A program made the position numbers and the translations under genes. Below are positions 1-8,721 of a stretch of 22,963 nt of DNA, in pieces. Numbering within the stretch: position 1 is the first letter of the stretch; each line of letters starts with the position of its first letter. This DNA is from Myxococcaceae bacterium (GTDB lineage: Bacteria > Myxococcota > Myxococcia > Myxococcales > Myxococcaceae): assembly GCA_020247085.1 (NCBI GenBank), contig JADCJJ010000554.1:1-22963 (forward strand), in the 5' to 3' direction. The notes under the pieces are model-generated. The model searched no databases. It had not been told where the DNA came from and saw only the letters and a list, made by a program, of their open reading frames with translations.

Positions 1-1
1 G

Positions 2-1339
2 CGCGCCCTGCCCGACGCGGCACAGGTGACGCGCAGCGCGTCGCAGACGAACGCGAGCGGCACCGTCGTCGACACCAAGTACGCGCCGAAGGACACCCAG
101 GCGCCGGCGGCTCCCACCGTGACGTCGCCCGCGCCTCAGGCCCGCCTCACCGACCCCCGGCCCGCCATCACCGGCACCGGCGAGCCGGGCGCCACCGTGG
201 CGGTGCAGCTCGACGGAGCGGTGGTGGGCACGGCGACCGTCGACGGCACCGGCCAGTGGACCTTCACGCCCGCGATGGCGCTCGGGGTGGGGGCGCACAC
301 CGTCAGCGCGACGCAGACCGACGCCGCTGGCAACACCGGCCCAGCGAGCCCGACGAACGCCTTCACCATCGAGGCGCCGAACCCACCGCCAGTCATCACC
401 TCACCGCAAGACGGCGCGATGCTGGCGACGCGCGCGCCGCCCATCTCGGGCACGGCGACGGCCGGTGCCACCGTCACGGTGCGCCTCAACGGCGTGACGC
501 TCGGCACCAGCCAGGCCACGCCCCAGGGCACCTTCAGCGTCACCCCGCCCACGCCGCTGGCGCCCGGCACCTACAGCGCCGTGGCCACCGCGACGGCGGC
601 GAGCGGTGCCGTCAGCGCGAACAGCAACACCGTCGTCTTCACCATCGGCGCGGGCAACGTCGACGCGCCGGTCGTCACCTCGCCCGCCGACGGCGCGCTC
701 ACCCGCGACGCGACGCCCGACGTCGAGGGCACGGCGAGCCCGGGAGCGAGCGTCACCGTCGTCATCGACGGGCAGGCCGTGGGCACCGTCACCGCCGACG
801 CGATGGGCCGCTGGCGCTTCACGCCGACGACGCCGCTCGCCGAGGGGCCGCACGACGTGCGCGCGCGGCAGACCGTCACCGGCGCCACCAGCGGCGACGG
901 CCCGTCGAACCGCTTCGTCGTCGACACGCGCGGGCCGCCCACGACGCTGGCCGTCACGCCGGCCGACGGCAGCGAGGGCAGCGCCGTCACGGCCTCGGGC
1001 GTCACCGAGCCGAACGCCCGCGTCACCGTCTTCGTGGGCATGCAGGCCGTCGGCACCGTCACGGCCGACGGCAACGGCCTGTGGCAGCTCACCCTGCCCC
1101 CGGCGTCGGTCCCGGTGGGTGAGCACGAGGTGGGCGCTGACGCGACCGACCCCGCGGGCAACGTCGGGCCGCGGAGCCAGGCCGTGCGCATCACCCTGCG
1201 GCACGTCGACCTGCAGTGGGGCGGAGGGGGCCTGGGGGGGCCCGGCGGCTGCGCGACGGCCCCCTTCGGACCGGCCCTCGTGGCGTTGGGGCTGCTGCTC
1301 CGTCGACGCCCCAGCCGGGGCGCCGCGATGCCCCGGTGA
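2..1339 (+). CDS. Ig-like-repeat cell-surface protein, 5'-truncated at the window edge, with a MYXO-CTERM-type C-terminal sorting signal
   Basis: The frame is open from nt 2, with no stop before the listed GTG at 26, so the gene probably starts upstream. It has four tandem repeats of about 90 aa, for example PVITSPQDGA...GTATAGATVTVRLNG..LGT and PVVTSPADGA...GTASPGASVTVVIDGQAVGTVTADAMGRWRFTP, typical of bacterial Ig-like domains. The C-terminus GGPGGCATAPFGPALVALGLLLRRRP is a Gly-Cys motif, a hydrophobic helix and an Arg cluster. Confidence 0.8.
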   Translation, partial: RALPDAAQVTRSASQTNASGTVVDTKYAPKDTQAPAAPTVTSPAPQARLTDPRPAITGTGEPGATVAVQLDGAVVGTATVDGTGQWTFTPAMALGVGAHTVSATQTDAAGNTGPASPTNAFTIEAPNPPPVITSPQDGAMLATRAPPISGTATAGATVTVRLNGVTLGTSQATPQGTFSVTPPTPLAPGTYSAVATATAASGAVSANSNTVVFTIGAGNVDAPVVTSPADGALTRDATPDVEGTASPGASVTVVIDGQAVGTVTADAMGRWRFTPTTPLAEGPHDVRARQTVTGATSGDGPSNRFVVDTRGPPTTLAVTPADGSEGSAVTASGVTEPNARVTVFVGMQAVGTVTADGNGLWQLTLPPASVPVGEHEVGADATDPAGNVGPRSQAVRITLRHVDLQWGGGGLGGPGGCATAPFGPALVALGLLLRRRPSRGAAMPR

Positions 1340-1476
1340 GCGCCGGGCGCGGGGGTCGGCTCACCGGCGCTGCCCGGAGGCCTCGACGACGCGGCGACGC
1401 CAACGCGGAGCGGCTCGCGGGCGCCCCCACCCGCGCACGCCACGCCCCCGCCGCCAGTCCGGCGTGAGACCGCCCG

Positions 1477-3345
1477 TCACGCGCCCCGCCGGTCTCGCGC
1501 TGCGAGCTCGCGCTTGCTCCGGCGGAACGCGCGGATGAGCGAGACGACCGTGACGAGGTTCCCCAGGGAGTTGAGCGCGTCCTCGGAGGCGGGCCACCGC
1601 CACGCGAGCAGCGCGGTGACCCAGTAGCCGAGGGCGGCGGGCCACACGTCGACGATGAACAGGATGGCGACGATGCCGGCGAGCATGCCCCAGTAGGCGA
1701 GGAGCACCGCGTTGCCGCGGGCGCCGAGGCGCACGTCGAGCAGCCCGTACACCACCACCGTCGCTACGACCTGAAAGGCCATCGCGAAGAGGAGAAAGCG
1801 GGCGAGCTGCTGGTTGAGGGCCGTGCGCGGGGCATCACCGCTTCTTCGCTCGAGAAAGAGGATGACCCCGATGGACAGGACGGCGACGGGCAGCGCCCCG
1901 ACGAGGTCGTCGTCGAAGACGCCCTGCCGCTTCAAGACGAGGCGCACGAGGGGGCCCAGCACCCACAGCGCCCCGAGCACGAAGCCCATGACGAAGCGGC
2001 GCTGATAGCCCGCGAGTGGGTCGTACCGCTCGGCGACGCGCTGGAGGCGGCTCAGCTCGCGCGCCTTCTCGGCCGCGACGGCCTCGGCCCGCTCGACGGC
2101 CGCGGCGAGCTCGGCCGGCGGCTGCGGGAGTTCGGCGAGCAGGGCGCGCGCGGCGCCGACGGACCCGCGCTCCAGCTCGACGTGAACCATCCGAGCGATG
2201 GCGCGCGCGTAGCCGTCGGCCGCCAGCGTGTTCCCCGGCCAGCTGCGCAGGGCCTGTTGGAACCCGAAGCGGCACTCGGAGAAGAGGCGCGCGACGCGGG
2301 CTCCGTCCGGCGAATCGTCGGCGAGGGCGCGCTCGAGCTCCTCCGTGCGCTCGATCGACTGCGCCGCGAGCTCGCGGGAGCCCTGGTGCTCGAGGAAGGC
2401 CTCGAGCGCGCGGCGCACCTCGGCGGCAGACGCTGGCCGGTCTTCGGGGCGGCGCGCGAGGCAGGCGCGCAGCAGCGCGGCGAGCTCGTCGGGCACCTCG
2501 GGCGGAATGGGCGGCGGTGACGACCGCAGCCGCTCGACGAGCTGCGGCATCGACGTCACCAGGTGCGGCGGCTGCCCCGTGGCCACCTCGAACACGATGC
2601 TGCCCAGCAGGTACACGTCCGTGCGCGCCGAGACGACCGAGCCCGCGCCGCCGAGCATCTCGGGGGCCATGTAGGCGGGCGTGCCGGCGAGCTGCGACGA
2701 CGGGCCCTCGAACGTCGCCAGGCCCCAGTCGACCAGGTACACCTCGCCGAAGCGGCCCAGCATGACGTTCGCGGGCTTCAGGTCGCGGTGGACGACGCCG
2801 CGCGAGTTGGCGAAGTGCACGGCGTTGCAGAGCTGTATTGCGACGCGCAGGTGCGACTCGAGGCGCGAGGCGCCGGGCGCGTAGGTGGCGCGCTCGCCGT
2901 CGTTCGCGAGCAGGTGCGCCCAGGTGACGCCCTCGATGTGCTTCATGACGAGCTGCGGCCGCCCGTCGCCGCCGAGCGCGAGCGCGTAGATGGGCAGAAT
3001 GCCGGGGTGCTCGAGGGAGCCTGCGAGCCACGCCTCGGAGAGGAGCGCCTCGACGTCGCCGCGAGCGCACCCGCGCTTCACCGTCTTGACCGCGACGGCG
3101 CGGTCGAGCGCCACCTGCCGGGCGCGCGTGACGAGGCCCATGCCGCCTTCTCCAATGACGGCCTCCTCGACCAGCCCCCGCTCGTCGTGTGACAGCTGCC
3201 GCAGCACCTCGAGCGCCCGGCGCCCGGTGCGCAGGTCGCGCGCCGGCGCCACCGTCTCACGCGGCGCATGCACGATGGTCTCGGCGTCGGCCCCCAGGGT
3301 CGTCACGACGTCCGCCAGGCGCGGGTCTGCCGGCTCATCGCTCAT
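1477..3345 (-). CDS. Hanks-type serine/threonine protein kinase with a polytopic membrane C-terminal domain
   Basis: Kinase motifs are GEGGMGLV (G-loop), AVAVK (catalytic Lys), HRDLKPANV (catalytic loop), DWGLA (DFG-equivalent) and GTPAYMAPE. The last 170 aa or so contain 5-6 hydrophobic helices. Third codon positions are strongly G+C-rich. Confidence 0.9.
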   Translation of the reverse strand: MSDEPADPRLADVVTTLGADAETIVHAPRETVAPARDLRTGRRALEVLRQLSHDERGLVEEAVIGEGGMGLVTRARQVALDRAVAVKTVKRGCARGDVEALLSEAWLAGSLEHPGILPIYALALGGDGRPQLVMKHIEGVTWAHLLANDGERATYAPGASRLESHLRVAIQLCNAVHFANSRGVVHRDLKPANVMLGRFGEVYLVDWGLATFEGPSSQLAGTPAYMAPEMLGGAGSVVSARTDVYLLGSIVFEVATGQPPHLVTSMPQLVERLRSSPPPIPPEVPDELAALLRACLARRPEDRPASAAEVRRALEAFLEHQGSRELAAQSIERTEELERALADDSPDGARVARLFSECRFGFQQALRSWPGNTLAADGYARAIARMVHVELERGSVGAARALLAELPQPPAELAAAVERAEAVAAEKARELSRLQRVAERYDPLAGYQRRFVMGFVLGALWVLGPLVRLVLKRQGVFDDDLVGALPVAVLSIGVILFLERRSGDAPRTALNQQLARFLLFAMAFQVVATVVVYGLLDVRLGARGNAVLLAYWGMLAGIVAILFIVDVWPAALGYWVTALLAWRWPASEDALNSLGNLVTVVSLIRAFRRSKRELAARDRRGA

Positions 3346-3385
3346 CGGGGTCGAGCCCGAGTGTAGCCCCGGCTAAGGCGTCTGC

Positions 3386-4384
3386 ATGCGCTCCGCCCTC
3401 ACGTGCCTCTGCCTGTGCCTGCTCTCCTGTTCAGGCCGAAGCGCCATGCCGCGTGAGCCGGCCTCGAGCGACGCCGGGCGTCAACCGGACGGAGGCCGGC
3501 CGGTGGTGCTCCGCCGCTGCCCCACCGCGGGCCCTGGCGCCATGGAGGGCGACGAGTGCTTCCTGCTGTCGCCGGTCGAAGCCGGCCTCGACGCGGCGGG
3601 CACCAACGCCACCGTCGACCAGTACGCGCTGCGGCCGCCGTCGGGGGCGCGCGGCACCCTGCTCGTGTTCCTCAACGGCAGTGGGGGCTCTCCGCGCGCC
3701 GGGGCCGGGTCGGCGTCGGGGAGCTTCTACGGCGTGGCGCGGGCCCAGGGGCTCCACGTGCTCGCGGTGAGCTACTCGAGCGACACGGCCGTGGGCCAGC
3801 TGTGCAGCGGGCAGGACGCCTGCTTCGAGCCGACGCGGGCGAGCCTGCTGCTCGGCGACCCGCAGGTCGGCGCCGCGAGCGCGGTGAACGACCTGACGCC
3901 CGGCGAGGGGGTGTTCGAGCGCGTCGTGCGCGCGCTGCTGCGCCTTGCCGAGGGCGACCCCTCGGGGGGCTGGGAGGCCTTCGTCGACCGCGCGAAGCTG
4001 CCCGACGCCGAGGCCGCGATTCGCTGGGAGTCGGTGTACGTCGCGGGGCACTCGCAGGGCGGGGGCCACGCGGCGCTGGTGGCGAAGCGGCAGCGGGTCG
4101 CTCGCGCGGTGATGCTGGCCGCGCCGTGTGACGGCAGCGCGACCGAGGCGGCGAGCTGGCTCACCCGCTCGCCGGCGTGGAAGACCGAGCCCGCGCGGCT
4201 GCGGGGCCTGTGGTCGCGGGCCGACGCGACGTGCGCGCGCGCGGCGGCGGCGTGGACGGCGATGGGGTTCCTGCCGGAGCACCGCGACGAGGACGCGTCG
4301 GTCTGCGCCGGAGAGACGCCGCACGCCGCGCCGCTGCGCTGTGCGTCGAACGCCGCGCGGTGGGCGCAGCGCCTGGCGCCGTGA
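3386..4384 (+). CDS. Putative secreted lipoprotein, alpha/beta-hydrolase-like (esterase/lipase type)
   Basis: The N-terminus MRSALTCLCLCLLSCSG has a signal peptide and an LLSC lipobox-like cysteine. VYVAGHSQGGGHAALVA matches the G-x-S-x-G nucleophile elbow. I could not recognise a closer family. Confidence 0.6.
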   Translation: MRSALTCLCLCLLSCSGRSAMPREPASSDAGRQPDGGRPVVLRRCPTAGPGAMEGDECFLLSPVEAGLDAAGTNATVDQYALRPPSGARGTLLVFLNGSGGSPRAGAGSASGSFYGVARAQGLHVLAVSYSSDTAVGQLCSGQDACFEPTRASLLLGDPQVGAASAVNDLTPGEGVFERVVRALLRLAEGDPSGGWEAFVDRAKLPDAEAAIRWESVYVAGHSQGGGHAALVAKRQRVARAVMLAAPCDGSATEAASWLTRSPAWKTEPARLRGLWSRADATCARAAAAWTAMGFLPEHRDEDASVCAGETPHAAPLRCASNAARWAQRLAP

Positions 4385-4417
4385 GGGCCTGGGTGCCAGT
4401 CCCCCCGGGCGCTCCCG

Positions 4418-5515
4418 TCAGCTCACCGTGACGTCGTCCCAGGCGAGGCCCTTGCGCTGCGCCGCGGCGGCGAGCTGTGCGTCGAGGGCGGCGAGCATCA
4501 CCCGGTTGCCATCCTGCGAATACCCCTGCAGCGCCGCCTGGCAGTCAGGTACGCGCTCGAGGAAGCGGGCGATGACGTCGCCCTCGAGGGACTTCGCGTA
4601 CAGGCCGTAGTTCAGCTTCTCGAGGTACAGCGCGTTGAGCACCTGCTCGAACTGGCCGCCGATGGGCACCGAAAGCATTGGCTTGCGCAGGTACACCGCC
4701 TCGCTCATCAGGGTGTAGCCGCCGCCGCCCACCACGCCCCGGCAGGTGCGCAGGTCGTCGATGAAGCCGCCCTCGGAGAAGGGCCGGAACAGCAGGTTCC
4801 CGTCGCGGAGGTCGGCCGTGAGGTCGCGCCGGTACCCGTAGATGCGGCACTCGCGCCCGCAGCGGCGCAAGTCCTCGATGAGCTGCGTGTTGCTCGTCAT
4901 CGTCTGGTACACCAGCAGGTGCTCGCCGGGCTCGGACGTCGCCGAGAGGATCTCGGGCCTGAGGATCGACGGCACCAGCGTCGTCCGCGCCTTGCGCACG
5001 CGCGGGTGGAAGAAGGTGGTGACGAGGTAGTGGAAGCAGCCCGGCGCCTTGGCCTTGACGATGCCGCGGGTGAGCTCGAAGGACTCCTCGAAGCCGGCGA
5101 GCAGCTCGGGCTCGTGGGCGCACCGGTTGATGATCTGCATGTTGTCGACGCTGATGACGGGCAGGCGGTGGTTCTTGCCGTACAGGTAGCTGAACGACTC
5201 GAAATCGCTGATGACGACGTCGGGCTCGAAGCGGTCGACGAGGTCGAAGTACGTCTTCACGTTCTGAGGCCAGCCGGTGAAGGCGCCCTTGAGGTTCTGC
5301 AGCACCGTCTGCCACTTCGAGACGGAGTTGCCCTCGTAGCTGATGGTGAACCCCCAGATGTTGTGCACGTTCTCGAAGCGCCTGGCGAGGTAGTCGCGGG
5401 CGCGGCCCGAGACGACGATGTGCACGTCGTGCTGGCGGGTGAGGTGCTCGAGGACGACGCGCGAGCGGGTCGCGTGGCCCATGCCTTCTCCGACGACGCC
5501 GTAGAGGATCTTCAT
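4418..5515 (-). CDS. Glycosyltransferase, MJ1255/UDP-glucuronosyltransferase-like (GT-B, GT28-related)
   Basis: Only the last 365 codons of the listed 1139-aa ORF look real. They start at ATG 5515 (MKILYGVVGEGMGHATRSRVVLEHL...), preceded by GGGAGA 6 nt upstream. The N-terminal G-x-G-H-x-x-R motif and the C-terminal GGGGYTLMSEA..GKP are typical of this GT family. The upstream 770 codons are Arg/Pro/His-rich antisense shadow. Confidence 0.8.
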   Translation of the reverse strand: MKILYGVVGEGMGHATRSRVVLEHLTRQHDVHIVVSGRARDYLARRFENVHNIWGFTISYEGNSVSKWQTVLQNLKGAFTGWPQNVKTYFDLVDRFEPDVVISDFESFSYLYGKNHRLPVISVDNMQIINRCAHEPELLAGFEESFELTRGIVKAKAPGCFHYLVTTFFHPRVRKARTTLVPSILRPEILSATSEPGEHLLVYQTMTSNTQLIEDLRRCGRECRIYGYRRDLTADLRDGNLLFRPFSEGGFIDDLRTCRGVVGGGGYTLMSEAVYLRKPMLSVPIGGQFEQVLNALYLEKLNYGLYAKSLEGDVIARFLERVPDCQAALQGYSQDGNRVMLAALDAQLAAAAQRKGLAWDDVTVS

Positions 5516-5640
5516 GGAGTCTCCCGTGGTGTGACAGCGTAGCGGCTTGCACGCGGAAGGCCCGCGGGGAAAGAGGCGCCGCCCCTCGACGGTTGGGGTG
5601 GTGGGCTGCGCAGAACGGTGCGCAGCAGGAGCGGACGGCG

Positions 5641-5895
5641 ATGAGCGCAGAGACGGTGGGCAGGCGGCTGGGCAAGGCGGCGGGCCTCGGGCTCGTCGGG
5701 GGGCTCTCGGCGGGGGCAGCGGTGCTGCTGGGGTTGGCGGTGGCGCGGCTCCAGGTCGACTGCGCCGGGATGTCGGCCGAGGCGTGCGCTTTCGAGGAGG
5801 CGCTCGCAGGGTCCATCGCGCGGCTCCAGACCCTGGGCGCGGTGGGGTGCGCGGTGCTGGCGGCGGGCGGCTGGCTGCTGCTGCGGCGGCGGTAA
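5641..5895 (+). CDS. Small two-helix membrane protein (hypothetical)
   Basis: I chose the ATG at 5641 (MSAETVG...) because AGGAG lies about 9 nt upstream. There are two hydrophobic segments (GLGLVGGLSAGAAVLLGLAV and LGAVGCAVLAAGGWLLL) and a terminal RRR. GC3 is very high. I see no family-level similarity. Confidence 0.45.
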   Translation: MSAETVGRRLGKAAGLGLVGGLSAGAAVLLGLAVARLQVDCAGMSAEACAFEEALAGSIARLQTLGAVGCAVLAAGGWLLLRRR

Positions 5896-5965
5896 CACGG
5901 CTCGTCACGGGCGCGACGAGAGGCGAGGGCGCGGGGCCGGCTTCGGGTACCTTCCGCGCCCAGCC

Positions 5966-7510
5966 ATGACGCTCGACCCCTTCCAGCTCCCGGAGTCGTT
6001 GAACCTCGCCGAGGTGTTCCTCTTCCAGCAGGCGCGCAGGCGGCCGCAGGCGCCGGCCCTGTACTTCGAGGGCGAGGTCATCACCTACGGGCAGCTGGCC
6101 GAGGCGACGAACCGGGCGACGGCGGTGCTGAAGGGGCTGGGGCTGGAGCTCGAGCAGCGGGTGTTGCTGATGCTGCCAGACGTGCCGCAGTTCGCCTCGG
6201 CGTGGTTCGCGGCGGTGAAGGCAGGCGGCGTGGTGAGCGCGGTGAACCCGCAGCTCAAGGCCGACGAGGTGACGTACTACCTGAACTACACGCGGGCGAA
6301 GGTGCTGGTGACGGACGCGGCGACGGTGCCGACGGTGGACGCGGTGCGCGGGCAGTGCCCGTACCTGCGGCACGTGCTGGTGGTGGGGGCGCCAGGCCGG
6401 CACCTGTCGTACGACGACGAGTTGGCGAAGGTGACGCCCGACGAGTCGTTCGCGCCGACGCACCGCGATGACGCGTGCGTGTGGCTGTACACGTCGGGCT
6501 CGACGGGGTTCCCGAAGGCCGCGGTGCACAAGCAGCACGACTTCGTCTTCAACGCGCTGACGTACGGCCTGCCGGTCATGGGGCTGGGCCCGACGGACGT
6601 GGGGCTGTCGGTGCCGCGGCTGGCGTTCGGCTACGCGCTGGGCACCAACCTGCTCTTCCCATTGCTGGCGGGCGGCGCGGCGGTGCTGTTCAAGGAGAAG
6701 CCGACGCCCGAGGCGCTGTTCCCGCTGTTTCAGAGGTACCGGCCGACGGTGCTGACGGCGGTGCCGACGGCGCTGAACCAGCTCCTCAACGCGCCGGGTG
6801 TGGAGCAGGTGGACTTCTCGTCGCTCCGGCTGGCGGTGAGCGCGGGCGAGGCGTTGCCGGCGGAGCTGTACGCGCGGTGGAAGAAGGTGACGGGAGTCGA
6901 GGTTCTCGACGGCATCGGCTCGGCCGAGATGTTCCACATCTTCATCACGAATCGGCTGGGCGACGTGAAGCTGGGCTCGCTGGGGAAGGTGGTGGGCGGG
7001 TACCGGGCGAAGGTGTGTGACGACGAGGGCCGGGAGCTGCCGCGCGGCGAGGTGGGCACGCTCTGGGTGTCGGGGGACTCGATGGCGCTCGAGTACTGGC
7101 AGCAGCACGAGAAGTCGAAGGCGACGTTCCGCGGCGACTGGTGCGTGTCGGCGGACAAGTTCCAGCAGGACGACGAGGGCTACTACTTCTTCTGCGGGCG
7201 CGGCGACGACATGCTGAAGGTGAGCGGGAAGTGGCTGTCGCCGGTCGAGGTCGAGAACGCGCTGCTGCAGCACCCGGCGGTGCGGGAGGCGGCGGTGATT
7301 GGGTTCAAGGACGCCGACGGGCTCGAGAAGCCGAAGGCCTTCGTCGCGGTGCACCCGGGGCAGACGGCCGACGAGGCGCTTTCGGAGGCGCTCAAGGCCC
7401 ACGTGCGGTCGAGCCTGGCGCCGTTCAAGGCGCCGCGGGAGGTGGTGTTCGTCGACGCGCTGCCGCGGAGCGACCGCGGGAAGGTGCTCAAGACGGCGCT
7501 GCGCGGTTAA
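5966..7510 (+). CDS. Benzoate-CoA ligase family aryl-CoA ligase (ANL adenylate-forming superfamily)
   Basis: It carries the AMP-binding motif LYTSGSTGFPKAAVH. The GDWCVSADKFQQDDEGYYFFCGRGDDMLKVSGKWLSPVEVENAL block is characteristic of benzoate / 4-hydroxybenzoate / 2-aminobenzoate-CoA ligases. The terminal catalytic Lys context (RSDRGKVLK) is present. Confidence 0.9.
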   Translation: MTLDPFQLPESLNLAEVFLFQQARRRPQAPALYFEGEVITYGQLAEATNRATAVLKGLGLELEQRVLLMLPDVPQFASAWFAAVKAGGVVSAVNPQLKADEVTYYLNYTRAKVLVTDAATVPTVDAVRGQCPYLRHVLVVGAPGRHLSYDDELAKVTPDESFAPTHRDDACVWLYTSGSTGFPKAAVHKQHDFVFNALTYGLPVMGLGPTDVGLSVPRLAFGYALGTNLLFPLLAGGAAVLFKEKPTPEALFPLFQRYRPTVLTAVPTALNQLLNAPGVEQVDFSSLRLAVSAGEALPAELYARWKKVTGVEVLDGIGSAEMFHIFITNRLGDVKLGSLGKVVGGYRAKVCDDEGRELPRGEVGTLWVSGDSMALEYWQQHEKSKATFRGDWCVSADKFQQDDEGYYFFCGRGDDMLKVSGKWLSPVEVENALLQHPAVREAAVIGFKDADGLEKPKAFVAVHPGQTADEALSEALKAHVRSSLAPFKAPREVVFVDALPRSDRGKVLKTALRG

Positions 7511-8721
7511 GCGGCGCGGCGCAGGACGGCGGCGAAGAAGCCGTCGGTGCCGTGCACGTGCGGCGACAGGCGCAGGCAGCCGTCGGGGGTGCACAGCGGC
7601 AGGGAGACGGGCTCGAGGGTGAAGCGCGGGTCTTCGGCGAGGAAGCTGGTGACGACGGCGTCGTTCTCGTCGGGCGTCACGGTACAGGTGGCGTAGACGA
7701 GGGCGCCGCCCGGGAGGACGTGGCGCGCGGCGGTGCGGAGGAGCTCGCGCTGGGCGGGCGGCCAGCGGGTGACGGCATCGGGCGGCAGGCGCCAGCGCAG
7801 GTCGGGGCCGCGGCGGAGCGCGCCGAGCTCGGAGCACGGGGCATCGACGAGAACGTGGTGGACACGGAGGTCCTCTGGGAGCGCGAGGTGGACGTGGACG
7901 CGGGCCGTGGCGCGGCTGGCGCGGGCGCGGAGGCGGGAAAGGCGCTCCCGGTCGGTGTCGAAGGCGTGGAGCGTCGCGGCTGGAAGACGTGACGCGAGCG
8001 CGAGCGTTTTGCCGCCGGCGCCGGCGCAGAGGTCGAGCACGGTGTCACCATCGCGCGCGGGCACGGCCTCGGCGAGGAGCTGGCTGCCCTCGTCTTGAAT
8101 CTCGAACCAGCCGCGCTGCCAGGCGGTGGTGGCGGTGAGGTTGGCGGGGCGGGTGGTGACGTGGAGCGCGTCGGGCGCGAGGCGGGCGGGCGCGGTGCGG
8201 CGGCCTTCGTCGGCGAGGGCGTGGGCGAGCGCGTCGCGAGTGGTGACGCGGCGGTTGGCGCGCAGCGTGACGGGGCCCGGGCGGCAGAGCGCCTCGGCGG
8301 CGAGGGGCGCGTCGGGGCCGTGGACGCGGTGGAGCACGTCAGCGAGCCAGTCCGGAATGGACCAGCGGTCGCGCCAGTCGTCGGGAGGAGGCGCCGGCGA
8401 TGGGAGCGTGACGTCGAGGGACACGGCGCGGTGCTGCCCCAGGTCGCGCGCCAGCACGCCGAGGAGGACGAGGGGCGGGGCGTCGGGACCAGCGTGAGCG
8501 CGCAGGCGACGGCGCCAGAGGCCGACGCCGAAGAGGGCCTCGGCGGTGACGCGGCGCTGATCGGCGGAGAGGTGGCGGTGGGCGCGCAAGACGCGGTCGA
8601 GCACGGTCTCGGCAGACTGCCCCGAGAGGATGGCCTCGAGCGCGGGGGCGAGCATGGGCCCCAGGCCGTCGAGTGCGGCCCAGGGGACGTTGGCGAGGCG
8701 GGCTTCGGCGAGGAAGGTCAT
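7507..8721 (-). CDS. RsmB/NOP2/Sun-family SAM-dependent RNA (cytosine-C5) methyltransferase
   Basis: The start is taken at ATG 8721 (MTFLAEARL...), not at the listed 9168. Motifs are VLDLCAGAGGKTLALAS (SAM motif I), VLVDAPCSELGALRRGPDLRWR (motif IV Pro-Cys), LVYATCTV (motif VI Thr-Cys) and DGFFAAVLRR at the C-terminus. The ATG overlaps the stop of the upstream gene (ATGA at 8718-8721). Confidence 0.85.
   Translation of the reverse strand: MTFLAEARLANVPWAALDGLGPMLAPALEAILSGQSAETVLDRVLRAHRHLSADQRRVTAEALFGVGLWRRRLRAHAGPDAPPLVLLGVLARDLGQHRAVSLDVTLPSPAPPPDDWRDRWSIPDWLADVLHRVHGPDAPLAAEALCRPGPVTLRANRRVTTRDALAHALADEGRRTAPARLAPDALHVTTRPANLTATTAWQRGWFEIQDEGSQLLAEAVPARDGDTVLDLCAGAGGKTLALASRLPAATLHAFDTDRERLSRLRARASRATARVHVHLALPEDLRVHHVLVDAPCSELGALRRGPDLRWRLPPDAVTRWPPAQRELLRTAARHVLPGGALVYATCTVTPDENDAVVTSFLAEDPRFTLEPVSLPLCTPDGCLRLSPHVHGTDGFFAAVLRRAA

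Noticed and set aside
1333-1367. 9-bp inverted repeat CCGGTGAGC...GCTCACCGG between the convergent Ig-repeat and kinase genes, considered as a terminator
   Set aside because: The loop is 17 nt and there is no U-tract on either strand. It could be a weak bidirectional hairpin, but the sequence does not support an intrinsic terminator call.
256-1538. Alternative-frame ORFs over the Ig-repeat gene (256..1122+, 401..1204-, 571..1443-, 606..1538+, 136..570-)
   Set aside because: All have extreme Arg/Ala/Gly/Pro composition with no motifs, and all overlap a gene with clear domain repeats.
1814-4610. Alternative-frame ORFs over the kinase and lipoprotein genes (e.g. 1835..3070-, 2016..2765+, 2563..3192+, 3189..3770+, 3431..4324-, 3556..4131+, 4128..4610+)
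   Set aside because: They have the same low-complexity shadow composition, and the true frames carry kinase and hydrolase motifs.
5516-7837. Upstream 770 codons of the listed 1139-aa minus-strand ORF (4418..7837)
   Set aside because: The composition is Arg/Pro/His/Ala-rich and low-complexity, and it runs antisense to the well-supported aryl-CoA ligase and small membrane protein genes. A clean ATG with an RBS at 5515 begins the recognisable glycosyltransferase domain. This is a typical high-G+C frame shadow.
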